Assembly: GCA_021780375.1 (NCBI GenBank)
Contig: JAJXYT010000014.1
Location: 1-61,443, forward strand
Length of the DNA: 61,443 nucleotides
Reading direction: 5' to 3'
Origin: a bacterium
Lineage (GTDB): Bacteria > Verrucomicrobiota > Verrucomicrobiia > Limisphaerales > UBA11358
A program made the translations under genes and the position numbers. Below are positions 7,348 to 17,787 of this stretch, piece after piece. The notes below the pieces were generated by a model. The model made no database searches, was not told the DNA's origin, and saw only the letters and a list, made by a program, of their open reading frames with translations. How positions within the stretch are numbered: position 1 is the first letter of the stretch; each line of letters starts with the position of its first letter.

Positions 7348-10158
7348 ATGACGACCTCCGCGACCATTCGCCCGAGCAGCCGGATCCGGCAGGACTTCCT
7401 CGACTTCTTCAAGTCGAAGCAGCACACCCTTGTGCCGTCTTCAAGTCTGTTGCCCGATTCACCGAACCTGCTGTTCACGAACGCCGGCATGAACCAGTTT
7501 GTGCCCATTTTCCTGGGGCAGGCCCGGTGCCCGTATAAGCCGGGCCGGGCGGCCGACACCCAGAAATGCGTCCGCGCCGGCGGCAAACACAATGACCTGG
7601 AAGACGTCGGCCTCGACACTTATCACCACACCTTCTTCGAGATGCTCGGCAACTGGAGCTTCGGCGACCCCGACTCAAAAGACGGCGTCGGGGCAGGTTA
7701 CTTCAAAAAGGAGGCGATTGGCTGGGCCTGGGAATTGGTCACCGGAATCTGGAAATTCCCGCCGGAACGCCTTTACGCGACGATTTACAACCCGGACAAG
7801 TCCCTGGGCGATCCTGCCGAACGCGACGAAGAGGCCTGGAACTGTTGGGCTGAAAAATTCCGCGCCGCCGGACTCGACCCCGCCGTCCACATTGTCTATG
7901 GCGGCAAGCGGGACAATTTCTGGATGATGGGCGACACCGGTCCGTGCGGCCCGTGCTCCGAATTGCACGTGGACCTCACGCCCGGCGGCAACACCAACGG
8001 CAGTCTGGTGAACAAAGGCGACGCCCGTTGCATCGAAATCTGGAACCTCGTTTTCATCCAGTTCAATGCCAACCCCGACGGCACGTTCAGCCCGCTGCCG
8101 GCCCGGCACGTGGACACCGGCATGGGATTTGAACGCGTCACTTCCATCATCCAGGGCACGAAGAATTTCAAGGATTTCGCCAACGCGAAAATTTCCAATT
8201 ACGAGACCGACATCTTCCGTCCGATTTTTGACGCGCTGGAGAAATTGAGCGGGAAGAAGTATGGCAGCACCCTGCCGCCGGTTGATCTCTCAACCCTCGG
8301 CCCGCAGCAGACGATTGACATCGCTTTCCGCGTTATCGCTGATCATATCCGCACGCTGGGCTTTGCGATTGGCGACGGCATTCAGCCCGGCAATGAGGGT
8401 CGCGGTTATGTCCTGCGCCGCGTCCTGCGCCGCGCCGTGCGCTACAGCCGGTCGCTCGGTTTCCAGGGGCCGTTCTTCTACAAACTCGTGACCGTGCTCG
8501 CCGACACGATGGGCGATGTCTTTCCTGAAATCCGCGCCCGGAAAAAACACGTGCAGGAAGTCATCCGCGTTGAAGAGGAAATGTTCAATAAAACGCTGGA
8601 CCGGGGCATTGAACTCTTTGCCGAAGAGGCCCGGCGGGTTTCCACCAACCTGGTCCAGTTCCCGGCGCCCAAGGACGGTCCGATGGTTGAGATCACCGAT
8701 TTCGGAAGCAAGGTGATTCCCGGCGAATTCGCCTTCAAACTCTACGACACCTACGGTTTTCCACTGGACCTCACCGAATTGATGGCCCGCGAACGCGGCA
8801 TGACGGTGGACCGGGACGTCTTTGAACAGTTGATGGAAGAGCAGCGTACCCGCGCCCGGGCCGCGCAAAAGAAAGAGGTCATTTCGCTTTCGCAAGTGGA
8901 GACCACCACGCCGACAAAATTTGTCGGCTATGACCAGCTTGCCGTGGAGGCCGGAGTTTTGGAGGTGGTGTCGTTGAAAAACAAGACCGCCATCGTTCTC
9001 GACGCCAGCGCTTGCTACGCCGAAATGGGCGGCCAGGTGGGCGACACCGGCGAACTGGCCGGCGGCGGCGGGCTCTGGCGGATCACGAACACACGGAAAT
9101 CCGGCAACACGTGGCTGCACTTTATCGAAGGCGATGATCCGCCGGCGGCCGGTTCCAGCGTAACGCTCGCGGTGGACAAGAACCGCCGGAATGCCATTGA
9201 GCGCCACCACACCGTCACGCATCTGCTGCACTGGGCGTTGCACGAGGTCGTGAGCCGCGACGCTTCGCAAAAAGGCTCGTTCGTCGGACCGGACAAGCTG
9301 ACCTTCGATTTCAACAGCGGGCCGCTCTCGCCGCAGCAGGCGGCCGACATCGAAAAACTTGTGAACGAACGCATCCTGGAAAACGCCGGCGTGTCGTGGG
9401 CGGAAGTGCCCTACGCCGACGTGAAATCGCGCCAGGACGTGATGCAATTTTTTGGCGACAAGTACGGTGACGTTGTCCGCGTGGTGCAAATCGGCGGGCG
9501 GCCTAAAAAGCTGGATGGTTATTCGATGGAACTGTGCGGCGGCACGCATACGCGGGCCACGGGCGAGATTGGTTTGTTCCGCATCCTCGGTGAGGGCGCG
9601 GTTGCCGCCGGGGTACGGCGCATTGAAGCGGTGGCCGGACTGGAGGCTTATCGCCGGGCCGCCGACGAAGTCACGCTGATCCAATCACTCTCCGATAAGG
9701 TGAATTCGCCGGTACACGAGTTGGAGAAGAAAATCGAGGCGCTGCTCGAACACCAAAAAGCAGTTGAAAAGCAACTCAAGTCGGCGCAACAACGCGAAGC
9801 TTCCAATGCCGCCAGCCGTCTGCTGGAAGAGATTCACCAGGTAAACGAAATACCGGTCATCCTCCACAACCTCGGCGCGGTGGACGGCGACTTCCTCCAG
9901 GCGGTCGCCGATTCATTGAAGGAGCGTTTCAAGGGAGTCATTGTTCTGGGGGGCGGTTCGCAACCTGGAAGCGTGGCGCTCGTCGCGGCCGTCACACCTG
10001 ATTATGTTTGGAAGGTGCAGGCGGGCAAAATCATTCAGCAGATCGCGCCGGTCGTGGGAGGCAAGGGCGGCGGTAAAGCGGACAACGCGCGCGGTGGCGG
10101 CAAAGATGCCGGCAAACTGGACGAGGCGCTGGCCAGGGTCAAAACATTGCTGCATTGA
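7348..10158 (+). CDS. alaS: Alanine--tRNA ligase
   Basis: LFTNAGMNQF, HHTFFEMLGNWSFG, DTGMGFER, editing motifs HHTVTH and ELCGGTH, C-Ala GGKGGG. Confidence 0.98.
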   Translation: MTTSATIRPSSRIRQDFLDFFKSKQHTLVPSSSLLPDSPNLLFTNAGMNQFVPIFLGQARCPYKPGRAADTQKCVRAGGKHNDLEDVGLDTYHHTFFEMLGNWSFGDPDSKDGVGAGYFKKEAIGWAWELVTGIWKFPPERLYATIYNPDKSLGDPAERDEEAWNCWAEKFRAAGLDPAVHIVYGGKRDNFWMMGDTGPCGPCSELHVDLTPGGNTNGSLVNKGDARCIEIWNLVFIQFNANPDGTFSPLPARHVDTGMGFERVTSIIQGTKNFKDFANAKISNYETDIFRPIFDALEKLSGKKYGSTLPPVDLSTLGPQQTIDIAFRVIADHIRTLGFAIGDGIQPGNEGRGYVLRRVLRRAVRYSRSLGFQGPFFYKLVTVLADTMGDVFPEIRARKKHVQEVIRVEEEMFNKTLDRGIELFAEEARRVSTNLVQFPAPKDGPMVEITDFGSKVIPGEFAFKLYDTYGFPLDLTELMARERGMTVDRDVFEQLMEEQRTRARAAQKKEVISLSQVETTTPTKFVGYDQLAVEAGVLEVVSLKNKTAIVLDASACYAEMGGQVGDTGELAGGGGLWRITNTRKSGNTWLHFIEGDDPPAAGSSVTLAVDKNRRNAIERHHTVTHLLHWALHEVVSRDASQKGSFVGPDKLTFDFNSGPLSPQQAADIEKLVNERILENAGVSWAEVPYADVKSRQDVMQFFGDKYGDVVRVVQIGGRPKKLDGYSMELCGGTHTRATGEIGLFRILGEGAVAAGVRRIEAVAGLEAYRRAADEVTLIQSLSDKVNSPVHELEKKIEALLEHQKAVEKQLKSAQQREASNAASRLLEEIHQVNEIPVILHNLGAVDGDFLQAVADSLKERFKGVIVLGGGSQPGSVALVAAVTPDYVWKVQAGKIIQQIAPVVGGKGGGKADNARGGGKDAGKLDEALARVKTLLH

Positions 10159-10339
10159 AGGTCGAAACCGGCTGTTTTGCGCGTCTTTCGGAGCTTTTGC
10201 AGCTGCCTGTTACCGATTTTGCCAAAAATCGGCATTCTACCAGCAACAGGATATTATTTTGTTGATTATTAAGTACTTATGAAAACTTTTTTCTTTTTCC
10301 CTGTTGCCGAATAATCCCTCCCCGTAAAATTCAGCCGGT

Positions 10340-10882
10340 ATGAAACATAATCGGGGGCCAAGCAAGGCCCCAAATGGCAATGTTGTATTGAGGCAAATGC
10401 AGTTAAAGGACCTGCCTCCGGTATTTCGACTGGGACAAAAACTTTTCACGGCTGAAGACCTGCCGACGCTGTATCGCAGTTGGGACGAATACGAGATTCT
10501 GGAATTGTTTCGTTCGGACGAAGAAACCTGCCTGGTGGCCGAGGACGATGAAAAGATCATCGGGTTTGCGTTGGGTTGCATGATGGACAAGCCGCGCAGC
10601 GCCTGGCGATATGGCTGGCTGGAATGGCTCGGGGTGGCGCCCCGTTACAAGCGGCATGGCATCGCCCGGCGGTTGCTGAACCAATTAACGCAACTCTTCA
10701 TTGATCGCGAAGCGCGCATCATGCTGGTGGACACCGACGAGGAAAATGCCGATGCCCTGGCATTCCTGCGTCAGACCGGCTTTGGCCAGGAAACCCGGCA
10801 CGTGTATCTGTCGCGAAATCTGGATGAATATCCCAAACGATTCGGACGCAGAAACGGGCATCGGAATGGCAAAGTTCACTGA
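10340..10882 (+). CDS. GNAT-family N-acetyltransferase
   Basis: Motif A WLGVAPRYKRHGIARRLL and motif B N..A..F....GF. Confidence 0.85.
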   Translation: MKHNRGPSKAPNGNVVLRQMQLKDLPPVFRLGQKLFTAEDLPTLYRSWDEYEILELFRSDEETCLVAEDDEKIIGFALGCMMDKPRSAWRYGWLEWLGVAPRYKRHGIARRLLNQLTQLFIDREARIMLVDTDEENADALAFLRQTGFGQETRHVYLSRNLDEYPKRFGRRNGHRNGKVH

Positions 10883-10930
10883 TGGGCAGGGTGCGGGCCG
10901 GCAAATCCGATCCGATGCCGTGTCGGCATA

Positions 10931-11290
10931 TTAATTTGTTATGTCGGCGCAATCGCGGATTATCCGGAGGAGTTTGGCCGGGTCAAAGGGTTTTTCGAGG
11001 AAGCTTTCGTGGTCGCGCAGGGTTGAATCCTTGCCGGGCAGGTTGCTGGCGTAACCGCTGCCGTAAATGATCCTGAGGCCGGGTTTGCCGGTCCGCAAGC
11101 GGTCGGCCAGTTCCCGGCCATTCATGCCCTCGGGCATGACCATGTCGGTGACAGGATGTCAATGCCTTCCCGGCGCTCGCGCCAGATTTCCAGGGCCTGC
11201 ACGCCCGAAACGGCGGCGTGGATATGGCACCCATGCCGTTCCAGCACGCGTTGCCTCAAGCGGCGCAAGGCCGTCTCGTCTTCGACCAGC
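10931..11290 (-). pseudogene. Frameshifted orphan receiver domain (C-terminus of a lost hybrid histidine kinase)
   Basis: LVEDETALR...GIDIL in one frame continues as DMVMPEGMNGRELA...FLEKPF in another; frameshift near 11150. Confidence 0.7.
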
Positions 11291-11531
11291 CGATGGCAAT
11301 TGTGGCAACCCCCGCCGACGATGCCCTGCCCGATGAACGTGTCCGAATAGCAGAAGAGCGGCGCGGTGGAAGCCGGGCTTAATTTCGCCAGCGCCTCGCG
11401 CGTCGTGAAGAAGTGCTCGCAATCGAGGCTTTCGACATCCCTGGAGGCCGTCCCTGCAAAATTTGTTTCCAGGCTTTGCTGGAAGCCGGAGAGGAATTCA
11501 ATCAGGTTGGGTTGGTGGCCGTTTTCCAGTT

Positions 11532-13334
11532 TCAACCCAGCCGCTTTCGGAGGCCGTCCAGCTGATCGCTCAGTGCCTTTGGCAGTTTGCCGTCAAACTT
11601 TGCATAGTTCACAGCCACATCTTCAACCTCTTTTTTCCACCCCGTTGTGTCCACGGTGAGCAGTTCCTGGAGATCGCCGGCGGCCAGATGCAATTCCGAG
11701 ACGTCCAGGGCGTCCGGCGTGGGCAAATTTCCGATGGTCGTCTTTTGCGCCTTGCCGGTCCCTTCCACCCGATCGCAAATCCACTTGAGTACGCGGCTGT
11801 TCTCGCCGTAACCGGGCCAGAGCCATCTGCCGTTCGCCGCTTTCCGGAACCAGTTCACAAAATAAACCTTGGGCAGTTTGGCGCGGTCGGTGCGTTGCGC
11901 AAAGGAAAGCCAGTGCGCGAAATAATCAGCCATGTTGTAGCCGCAGAACGGCAGCATGGCGAACGGGTCGCGGCGGAGCACCCCGGCCTGGCCGAGCGCG
12001 GCGGCCGTGGTTTCCGAACCGCAGGCGGAACCCATGAACACGCCATGCTCCCAATCGAATGCCTCGTTTACCAACGGAATGGTGTGCGGCCGGCGTCCGC
12101 CGAAAAGAATGGCCGAGAGCGGCACACCTTCGGGATTCTGCCAGTCGGGATCAATGACCGGGCATTGCGTTGCCGGTGCGGTAAAACGCGAGTTCGGATG
12201 CGCGCCCTTCTTGCCGTTGTCGGGCGTCCATTCATTGCCCTGCCAGTCAATGCCCCTGGCCGGCGCGGGCACGCCCATGTCTTCCCACCAGACATCGTTG
12301 TCCGGTGTCAGCACGACGTTGGTGAAAATGGTGTTCTTCGCGCAAGCCGCCAGCGCATTGGGATTCGATTTTGCGGAGGTGCCCGGCGCGACGCCGAAAA
12401 AGCCCGTCTCCGGATTCACCGCGTAAAACCGCCCGTCCCTGCCGATGCGAATCCAGGCGATGTCGTCGCCCAGGGTCGTGACCTTCCAGCCCGGCACCGT
12501 CGGCTGCATCATGGCCAGATTCGTTTTTCCGCAGGCGCTCGGAAAGGCCGCGGCGATATAATATTTTTTGTGCTGCGGCGAAGTCAGGCACAGGATGAGC
12601 ATGTGCTCGGCCATCCAGCCTTCCTTCTTTGCCACGGTGGAAGCGATGCGCAGGGCGAGGCATTTCTTGCCCAACAACGCGTTGCCGCCGTAACCGGAAC
12701 CGTACGACCAGATGGAGGGTTCCTCCGGGAAATGGACAATGTATTTGTTTTTCGGATCGCCTTCGCATGGCCAGGAAACGTCCTTTTGACCGGGCTGCAA
12801 CGGCGCGCCCACCGAGTGCAGGCAGGGAATGAACGTGCCGTTCGCACCCAGTTTGTCCAGCACGGCCTGGCCCATGCGCGTCATGATGCGCATATTGACC
12901 ACCACGTAAGGCGAATCGCTGATCTCAATGCCGATTTTGCAAATGGGCGAATCCAGCGGTCCCATGGCAAACGGAATCACATACATCGTCCGGCCCTTCA
13001 TGGAGCCTTTGAACAAGCCGAGGAGCTTTTGTTTCATCGCCGCCGGGTCGGCCCAATTGTTGGTGGGACCGGCCTCTTCTTTGGAACAGGAGCAGATGAA
13101 CGTCCGGTCTTCCACGCGCGCCACGTCACTGGGATGCGACCGCGCCAGATATGAGCCGGGACGCTTGTTTTTGTTGAGCCTGGTGAACGTGCCGCTCTTG
13201 ACCATCAGGTCGCACAACTTCTGGTCTTCCGCCGCGGACCCGTCACACCAATGAATATCCCCGGGCTGGCAGAGTTCTGCCATTTCCTTGACCCATGCAA
13301 TCAGCTTTTGATTCTTCGTGTTTGCTTTGTCCAT
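11532..13334 (-). CDS. pckG: Phosphoenolpyruvate carboxykinase (GTP)
   Basis: [57 protein letters not shown]. Confidence 0.97.
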   Translation of the reverse strand: MDKANTKNQKLIAWVKEMAELCQPGDIHWCDGSAAEDQKLCDLMVKSGTFTRLNKNKRPGSYLARSHPSDVARVEDRTFICSCSKEEAGPTNNWADPAAMKQKLLGLFKGSMKGRTMYVIPFAMGPLDSPICKIGIEISDSPYVVVNMRIMTRMGQAVLDKLGANGTFIPCLHSVGAPLQPGQKDVSWPCEGDPKNKYIVHFPEEPSIWSYGSGYGGNALLGKKCLALRIASTVAKKEGWMAEHMLILCLTSPQHKKYYIAAAFPSACGKTNLAMMQPTVPGWKVTTLGDDIAWIRIGRDGRFYAVNPETGFFGVAPGTSAKSNPNALAACAKNTIFTNVVLTPDNDVWWEDMGVPAPARGIDWQGNEWTPDNGKKGAHPNSRFTAPATQCPVIDPDWQNPEGVPLSAILFGGRRPHTIPLVNEAFDWEHGVFMGSACGSETTAAALGQAGVLRRDPFAMLPFCGYNMADYFAHWLSFAQRTDRAKLPKVYFVNWFRKAANGRWLWPGYGENSRVLKWICDRVEGTGKAQKTTIGNLPTPDALDVSELHLAAGDLQELLTVDTTGWKKEVEDVAVNYAKFDGKLPKALSDQLDGLRKRLG

Positions 13335-13608
13335 GCGCTTCTCCTGTCCGTGCATTTTCTGCAAAAGATGTCCGGCTAAAGTGCCAGAACCGGCCCGGCT
13401 TGAACAGTCCAAATTAAAGAAAATTCGGGAGGCTGACGCCGGCAAACAATGACCGTCCTGCTTTTGTAAACCGGGACCGGTCCGGCTTGCCGCGTGAAGA
13501 TCATGTCCCGCGGTTCAATCTTCTGAAGATTGCGGCGCACGGCTGAGATGCCGCTCCCGAACACTTTTGCGTCGCGCCAGGCTTGGGGATATGCTAAAGG
13601 TGAATTGG

Positions 13609-15939
13609 ATGAATTCGCCGTCCGCCCATCGCGCCGGACCGCCCGAGGCCAATGCCTGCCTCGCGCGCTCGGTGGTGGATACGCTGGCCGAGGAGCCGAC
13701 GCTGGAAGCGGTGACCATTGACCGCGCCCGGCGGAAAATTTCCGTGGCCACGCTGGGCCGCGCCGACGTGGTCAAATTGACGGAGCGCATCACCAGCCAG
13801 TTTCAAGCGGCCCACGCCGCCGATGCCGGTCACACCTGTTCCTTGCTGAGCGGCGAGGGCGACTGCTTCTCGTGCGACACGCCGTTGTCCGAGGACGAAC
13901 GCAAGCGAATCACCATCCACAACGACGGTCCCTCGACCACCATTGCGCGCGTCACGTGCCCGACCGCGCCGACCTTCTGGCGCTGGCGCGACATGCCGTT
14001 TCCGAAAGTCGTGCCGCGCGACGTCGAATTTCTCGAACACGTCGGCGAGATTGACGAATGGAAGACCCGGCTCGCCGCCGCGATTTTGTGCGGTGTCTTT
14101 GGATTGGCCGGCTTTTTCCTCGGCCGGTTTGGCCATCCCACCCTGTCGGTGCTTGGTTTCATCGTCGCCTATCTGGCCGGCGGTTTTTATCCCGCGGAAG
14201 AAGTCTGGCAACGGCTGCGGAAGCGCACCATTGACGTGCATTTCCTCATGCTCGCCGTGGCCATCGGCGCCGCTTCCATTGGCGCCTGGGCGGAAGGCGC
14301 CACCTTGCTGTTCCTGTTCTCGCTGTCCGGCGCGCTCGAACATTACGCGCTGGGCCGCACGCAAAAGGAAATCCGCTCGCTCTTTCGCGACGCGCCCAAA
14401 GTCGCCACGGTGATGGACGCCCACGGCAAGGAACGCGAGGTCAAGGTCGAGCTGCTCCAACAGGGCATGCGCCTGCTGATCAAGCCGGGCGCGCAATTTC
14501 CCGTGGACGGCGAAATCGCCAAAGGCAACACCGCCACGGACGAATCAAATCTCACTGGCGAAGCCACGCCCGTCGAAAAAAAAGTCGGCGACAACGCGCT
14601 GGCCGGAACTATCAATTTGTGGGGCGCGGTCGAAGTCATCGTCACCCGGCCTGCCGCCGAAAGCTCGCTCCAAAAAATCATTACCCTTATCAAGGAGGCG
14701 CAGCAGCAAAAAGCGCCCGCGCAGATGTTCGCTGACAAGTTCAGCACCTATTACACCTATGGCGTCATCGGACTGTCGTTCGCGATGTTTTTCGTGTGGT
14801 GGCTCGGCCTCGGCCTCGAGGCATTTAAATCCACGGTCGAATCCAACAGCGCCTTTTACCGGACGATGACGCTGCTCGTGGTTTCATCACCATGCGCGTT
14901 GGTGCTTTCGATTCCGTCGGCGGTGCTCGCGGCCATCGCGTGGGGCGCGCGGCACGGCATTCTGTTCCGCGGCGGCGCGGCGGTGGAAAAACTCGCCGAG
15001 GTGAACACCGTCTGCCTCGACAAAACCGGCACGCTCACCACCGGCGAACTGCGCGTGGAAACCGTCGAAAGTTTTCCGCCCGGACGCGATAAGGAAATTG
15101 TACAGCTCGCGTATTCGCTGGAAAAACTTTCGACGCATCCGCTCGCCCGGGCCATCACCCGCCACGGCAAACGCCACGGCCTGGAGGTCGTCGAATTCCC
15201 GCAATTTGAATCTGTCACCGGGGAGGGCTTGAAAGCAAAACGCGACGGCAAGGATATTTTTCTCGGCAAACGCGAATGGGTGGAGTCGCAAGTTTGTCGG
15301 GGCGGATTTGCCGCGCCGCAATCCGGCGCCGGGACATCCGAGGTCTGGGTTTCCGCCGGCGATTTGCTGGGGCGCGTCATCTTGCGCGACGACATCCGTC
15401 CGCAATCCGCCTCGGTCGTGGAGGAATTGCGCGGCGAGGGACTGCGGAGCGTGGTATTGACCGGCGACCGCCAGGCCGCCGCCGGGCATTTGCGCGCGGA
15501 ATTGAAGCTGGACGACGTGCGCGCCGAATTGAAACCGGAGCAGAAAGTCGCCGCCATCCAGGAATTGAGCAGGGAAGGAAAGCGCGTGGCGATGATTGGC
15601 GACGGCGTAAATGACGCGCCCAGCCTCGCCGCCGCGTATATCGGCGTGGCCATGGGCGCGCGCGGTTCGGACGCGGCGCTGGAGCAGGCCGATGTGGTGC
15701 TGATGCACGACCGGCTGGAGAATTTTCTCGCCGCGTTCCGGTTGAGCCAGCGCGCGCGGCGCATCATCCGGCAGAATCTGTTCATTTCACTCGGCACGGT
15801 GGTGGTGCTGGTGTCGTTCGCCATGCTGGGAAAGATTCCGCTGCCCATCGGCGTGGTCGGCCACGAAGGCAGCACCGTCGTCGTGGTGATGAACAGTTTG
15901 CGATTGTTGTTTGGCGGGATGTCGGCGAAACAAAAATGA
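13609..15939 (+). CDS. Heavy-metal P1B-type ATPase (SPC/HEGS type, P1B-4-like)
   Basis: TGEA, SSPCALV, DKTGTLT, THPLA, GDGVNDAP, GHEGST; start could be 13591 or 13609. Confidence 0.93.
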   Translation: MNSPSAHRAGPPEANACLARSVVDTLAEEPTLEAVTIDRARRKISVATLGRADVVKLTERITSQFQAAHAADAGHTCSLLSGEGDCFSCDTPLSEDERKRITIHNDGPSTTIARVTCPTAPTFWRWRDMPFPKVVPRDVEFLEHVGEIDEWKTRLAAAILCGVFGLAGFFLGRFGHPTLSVLGFIVAYLAGGFYPAEEVWQRLRKRTIDVHFLMLAVAIGAASIGAWAEGATLLFLFSLSGALEHYALGRTQKEIRSLFRDAPKVATVMDAHGKEREVKVELLQQGMRLLIKPGAQFPVDGEIAKGNTATDESNLTGEATPVEKKVGDNALAGTINLWGAVEVIVTRPAAESSLQKIITLIKEAQQQKAPAQMFADKFSTYYTYGVIGLSFAMFFVWWLGLGLEAFKSTVESNSAFYRTMTLLVVSSPCALVLSIPSAVLAAIAWGARHGILFRGGAAVEKLAEVNTVCLDKTGTLTTGELRVETVESFPPGRDKEIVQLAYSLEKLSTHPLARAITRHGKRHGLEVVEFPQFESVTGEGLKAKRDGKDIFLGKREWVESQVCRGGFAAPQSGAGTSEVWVSAGDLLGRVILRDDIRPQSASVVEELRGEGLRSVVLTGDRQAAAGHLRAELKLDDVRAELKPEQKVAAIQELSREGKRVAMIGDGVNDAPSLAAAYIGVAMGARGSDAALEQADVVLMHDRLENFLAAFRLSQRARRIIRQNLFISLGTVVVLVSFAMLGKIPLPIGVVGHEGSTVVVVMNSLRLLFGGMSAKQK

Positions 15940-15945
15940 TTTTAA

Positions 15946-16082
15946 CCACGGATTCACGCGGATCACACGGATAATGACAGGTGCGATTTCCGCCAGGGAC
16001 TCGGTAGCCGCGGGCGTCCGTCGGCGCCATTTACCGGCTCCAGAAGTAGTCGCGCGGCCGCCTGAAGGCGGGACTCCAAACA
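15946..16082. repeat. Composite intergenic repeat cluster (9-mer array plus two REP-like units)
   Basis: CACGGATT/CGCGGATC/CACGGAT at 9-nt spacing; GTAGCCGCGGGCGTCCGTCGGCGC (related to 37998); CCGCCTGAAGGCGG palindrome. Confidence 0.6.
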
Positions 16083-16172
16083 TTTGGCAAAGCAGGCCCT
16101 TACCAGTGACATCATTTTCGGGTTTGCTTCGGGCGGGAACTTTTCCCATTGTTGGCGCATCCGACTCGTGAG

Positions 16173-16646
16173 ATGAAGAAAAAATTGACGTGGATTCTCG
16201 GGGTGCTGGCAGTGGTTTTTGTGCTGTTGCAATTCACGAATCCGGCGCGCACGAACCCGCCGGTCGTTCATGATTTTTTGGCCGCCGAAAACCCGCCGCC
16301 GCCTCTCGCCGCCCTGTTCCGCGGCGCGTGTTACGATTGTCATTCCTACGAAACCCAATGGCCGTGGTACAGTCACATCGCGCCGGTGTCATGGTTGATT
16401 GCCGACGACGTGCAGGGCGGGCGACGACATTTGAATCTTTCCAACTGGCCGGTGGACGATCCGGAACGCGCCGCCAGGCGGCTGGAAAACGCCAGCGAAG
16501 AGTTGGGCTACAAAGAAATGCCGCCGGCCAAATATCAGCTGATCCATCCGGCGTCCCGGCTCACCGCCGACCAACGCCAGCAATTGATTCAGTGGCTCGA
16601 TCAGGAGGCTAAACGCTTGAAAACGGTGGCGGCTTCGGGAAAATAG
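16173..16646 (+). CDS. Haem-binding (Haem_bd) c-type cytochrome domain protein
   Basis: N-terminal TM, CYDCH haem motif, WPWYSHIAPVSW, EMPP..Y...HP. Confidence 0.88.
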   Translation: MKKKLTWILGVLAVVFVLLQFTNPARTNPPVVHDFLAAENPPPPLAALFRGACYDCHSYETQWPWYSHIAPVSWLIADDVQGGRRHLNLSNWPVDDPERAARRLENASEELGYKEMPPAKYQLIHPASRLTADQRQQLIQWLDQEAKRLKTVAASGK

Positions 16647-16649
16647 TTC

Positions 16650-17276
16650 ATGCTCCATAGCGAACTGATCCCGGCGCCGGAGAAAAATTCCCGGCGGCTG
16701 ATGGTGATGCTGCACGGTCTGGGCGACAGCCTCGAAGGCTACCGCTGGCTGCCGGAGGCCATGAACCTGCCGTGGCTGAACTACCTGCTCGTCAATGCGC
16801 CGGACGATTATTACGGCGGCTATTCGTGGTTCGATTTGAACGACCTCCTGCCCGGCGTGCAGCGGAGCCGGAAACTGCTATTTGAACTGCTCGATGATTT
16901 GCCGGCGCGCGGATTTCCGGCGGAACAAATCACGTTCGGCGGTTTTTCGCAGGGCAGTTTGATGGCCGTGGAAGTTGGTTTGCGTTATCCGCACCGGTTT
17001 GCCGGTGTGGTTTGCATCAGCGGCTGGGTGTGCGAGCCGGAGAAACTGGTGCAGGAACTCTCGCCGGTTGCCAAACAACAACGGCTGCTCCTGACCCACG
17101 GCACCGGTGACCCATTGTTGCCGATTGACCAGGTCCGCACGCAAATTCCGCTGCTCAAATCCGCGGGCCTCAATCTTGCATGGCGCGAATTTGCCAAGGT
17201 GCACACGATGATCGAGGAGGAAATCGTGCTGATCCGGGATTTTGTGCGCGCCGGCTATTCTGTTGTGGGGAAGTAG
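16650..17276 (+). CDS. Phospholipase/carboxylesterase (alpha/beta hydrolase)
   Basis: LHGLGD, GFSQG nucleophile elbow, HGTGD, C-terminal His. Confidence 0.9.
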   Translation: MLHSELIPAPEKNSRRLMVMLHGLGDSLEGYRWLPEAMNLPWLNYLLVNAPDDYYGGYSWFDLNDLLPGVQRSRKLLFELLDDLPARGFPAEQITFGGFSQGSLMAVEVGLRYPHRFAGVVCISGWVCEPEKLVQELSPVAKQQRLLLTHGTGDPLLPIDQVRTQIPLLKSAGLNLAWREFAKVHTMIEEEIVLIRDFVRAGYSVVGK

Positions 17277-17301
17277 CCGGCGCGCCCTGGCTTCAGCGGG
17301 G

Positions 17302-17514
17302 CTAAACCTTGACTTCGCGGTGGGCGCCGGGAATCCAGATCTGTTCCGGGCGCGGGCTGCCGGCCGTTTCCCAATCCATCGCGCGGCTTACCATGTTCCG
17401 CATCTGGGTGAACCACCAGCTGGCCCGGGCAATTCGTCCCCCACGCCGCGCCGGCGTGGCGCCCCGATATCGGAGGTCCGGGTTGATGCCAAGTTCGAGT
17501 TGTTCATTGTTCAT
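17302..17514 (-). CDS. Small basic hypothetical protein
   Basis: 70 aa ORF with AGG upstream; MNNEQLELG...WWFTQMR..V..AMDW...PRPEQIW looks protein-like. Confidence 0.6.
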   Translation of the reverse strand: MNNEQLELGINPDLRYRGATPARRGGRIARASWWFTQMRNMVSRAMDWETAGSPRPEQIWIPGAHREVKV

Positions 17515-17787
17515 ATCTCACCTTTCATTTTTATGGCATCGTAACGGGTGGGGTTGGACAAAGGCTGTCCAAGCCAAAAGAAAAACGGGAGCATCCCTTT
17601 TACCAACACCGGGCTGGAAGAGGTGGGGAAAACAAAAAAACGATCAGGAAAGCTCAAAAAAACGAATCAAATGGTTTTTAACTTTCGCTTGCAACGCCGG
17701 TCCGAGAACACCATTTCGACTGTGCAGCACACCATGCGCCAAGTCGTGGAATGTTCCAAAGTGTCCTGATCTACAGAAATCCTTTTA

